From Acanthaster planci (lineage: Eukaryota): a stretch of DNA of 64,000 bases. The notes under the pieces are model-generated. The model worked only from the letters and a program-made list of their open reading frames with translations, had not been told where the DNA came from and did no database searches. Below are positions 61,736 through 64,000 of the stretch, piece by piece. The translations under genes were made by a program, and so were the position numbers. The stretch lies in NCBI RefSeq assembly GCF_001949145.1, contig NW_019091356.1:3392934-3456933 (forward strand), read 5' to 3'. Numbering within the stretch: the stretch's first letter is position 1; the number at the start of each line of letters is the position of its first letter.

Positions 61736-63138
61736 CATATTGGTAGGGTGTTGATCAGCCAATTTGGCATTAGGCTGTACAGAGTCATTTATGCTGTCCG
61801 TAACACGGTTTTCCGCAGAAACGTTACAGGCAGTCTTCTCTTTTGTTGACTCGACGTTTTCGACCTTGCTACAATGCAAGTATACGTGTTATTTGAAACA
61901 GTTCAGTATCAAGGCTACGCCCTTCGGCTGCTGTAACCTAGCAGATCCAACTTCGTCGTTGCAAAGTCTCGAAGCCAGGCAAAAAGGTGGACAAATCTGT
62001 GAGTACTGTGGGATTATAAGCCAAGACCTTTGTACGGATGGGCCCATCAGATACCAGGGCTAGTTCAAATATACCAATTGTCAACATTAATGGAGGATGG
62101 TGCGAAATGGATATTTTATATTGGAATGAATGACCGCCCATTTTTCATTTATAGGCCTGTGGATGATCTCTCTCCCAATACACTACTGTAGGGTGTGTAG
62201 AATCTTAGTAAAATTGGAGGATGAAGGAAGTTTGGTGCCAGGGAGTGAAAGCAGTAGGCCCTATGCTGTGTGATGTACAATTATTTTTACCTCTGTTGAT
62301 TGAAGTTGTTGTGTCACTTGTGGATGTGTACATGATTGTGCATGCATGTGTAATGCATATCAAGTGGTATAACCTCTTGGGCAGGTACAGGTTTCGTCAT
62401 CTTGCAAACTGTGCCTTGTATTTGCGGCCAAATTGGCTATGTATACATGCAGAGTAAGCACCCATTACAAGTACATCAGGTGGACTTGGTAACTTAACCT
62501 AGGCATAACAAAGGAATGCCTACTGTAGCACCAACAGTTATCAGCCAGTCCTTGGTTTCGTTTTATCATCAGGACAGCTCATTTGTGAAACACACAGTCT
62601 CAGTGCAATACCGGAATGAAATGCCTTGCTCTTTTTCAAAAGGTAGTGGTACCTTTGTCCAGTACAGCATGACTTTGTCTATTTCAAGTTTATAAGAAGT
62701 CCCGTAGGGTGATATGGTAGTTTAGGATTCAGTGTCCTATGGTCCTCGGACACTAGTGTTTTGGTGGCCCTGTAGGCCTACTTAGTCAAACGCAGAGCTG
62801 GTGAGTGCTGGAGGCTCACCTTTCATGTTAATGCTAACATGAAGCAGCGCCAGGCACTTGCCAGGTTTGAAGTTGTTCAAAAGCATGAAGCATGCTCTGA
62901 AATCTGAGTCATTGACCAATTTTTGTACTTGCTCATTTACTGTGCCTGTCCAATTAGCCATTTACATGTTACATTTGAATAAAGTCTGGTACACTGTGTT
63001 ATCTGATTGCTCATAAATGTAACAATTTGAATTCCTCAGACTAAAGGCACTGTTACTATACCTCATGATTTGGGGCGAGCTTTTGTATAGCGACCACCAT
63101 CTCTGAAATGACTAGTTCCTCTGTGCCCTTCTTATCCA

Positions 63139-63197
63139 TTAACCCTAACCCTCCTCAATCCTCCAACAGGTGAAGGATTGAGGAGGGTTAGGGTTAA
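63139..63197. repeat. Perfect 24-bp inverted repeat bounded by TTAA (mini piggyBac-like hairpin)
   Basis: TTAACCCTAACCCTCCTCAATCCT (63139-63162), an 11-nt loop, then AGGATTGAGGAGGGTTAGGGTTAA (63174-63197). Confidence 0.85.
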
Positions 63198-64000
63198 GAA
63201 CAGTGTATTGGTTCAAGGCATGTCTTGTGTAACTGAGCAAACGAATCACGAGATATAGTGTGGCGAATTCAAATTGTTATGTTCACGTGAATTTAAAGAA
63301 CTATAAAAAGTGTACCAGAGTTTATTAAAATTTAACTTGCAAATGGCTTATTGGAAACTATCGCATTTAATATCTTTCACTGTACAGAATTCTGATACCT
63401 TTCATTTGTGCCAAAGGGCCCTTAATCTGTTTTCTTGCAGATTTGCCCAGCAAAGAAAAACTTTCTCATTGCCTCTTTTGATCAAAGTACAGTCATGGCT
63501 GTTTAAATTTAAAGTAATCTTCACCCTATTTATGGCACGGTGTCATGGTGCCCAGCTAAAAACCCAAATAATTGCTGTCATCCAAACCTTAAAATCCCTT
63601 TTTAAGAGAGAGCAAAAATAGAGCCAGTTATCAGCTCATGAAAAGTTGGATTTTCATATTTCCTTTTGGTTTCCTTTCAAACAACAAGGGACTGATATGC
63701 TAGATATTGTGATGTAGTATACAGTGTCTCAGGTTGTCAGACCCATACTATACTGCCAAGTTTCATGTATCTAGCCATTAAATCATGAGATAAAACTGTA
63801 TATGTCTATACTAGGTTGAGGGGAAACAGTAATTTGCTAACTCTTGTAGTAGCAGTGATAAGAAGATGAACAGAACTTATACAGCACCAATTCCTTAGGT
63901 TTCAAGGCACTAAAAAAAAAGACAATACCACAAATGACAATGAAAATTCCCCCCCAACTCTGCCAAGCCCAGACTGTGGCAGTCATCAGACAGAGGTAAA

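Noticed and set aside
61600..64000. Coding exons of the next plus-strand gene
   Set aside because: A donor at 61704 and an acceptor at 63440 exist, but no convincing reading frame or recognisable protein could be built.

Overview
Eukaryotic, intron-rich (GT-AG) animal genomic DNA. It is probably an invertebrate deuterostome such as a sea star, which I infer from gene content and repeat style and have not verified. Hand-spliced gene models, left to right: (1) the 3' half of an ABCB1/P-glycoprotein-like transporter (185-5529, +); (2) a 16-exon reading frame (9175-16701, +, 644 aa) in which a sugar-1-phosphate nucleotidyltransferase domain splices in frame, through a 67-nt linker exon, to an L-galactose-dehydrogenase-type aldo-keto reductase, which is the most notable finding; (3) a C7orf78-like uncharacterised gene with an RFX X-box in its promoter (18675-21028, -); (4) a complete second ABCB1-like paralog (30582-49326, +, 28 coding exons, about 1359 aa) showing signs of gene conversion in the NBD exons and a candidate ARE+XRE promoter; (5) a NIK/Tpl2-like protein kinase lacking the APE/P+1 segment (about 53286-56823, -), whose upstream region carries a kB site and a duplicated E2F module. 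Introns and intergenic DNA hold hAT-, piggyBac-, Kolobok- and Harbinger-type MITEs, tRNA-derived SINEs, a Penelope-like fragment with a decayed hammerhead ribozyme, and several minisatellites. All exon coordinates were read by eye and need RNA-seq confirmation.
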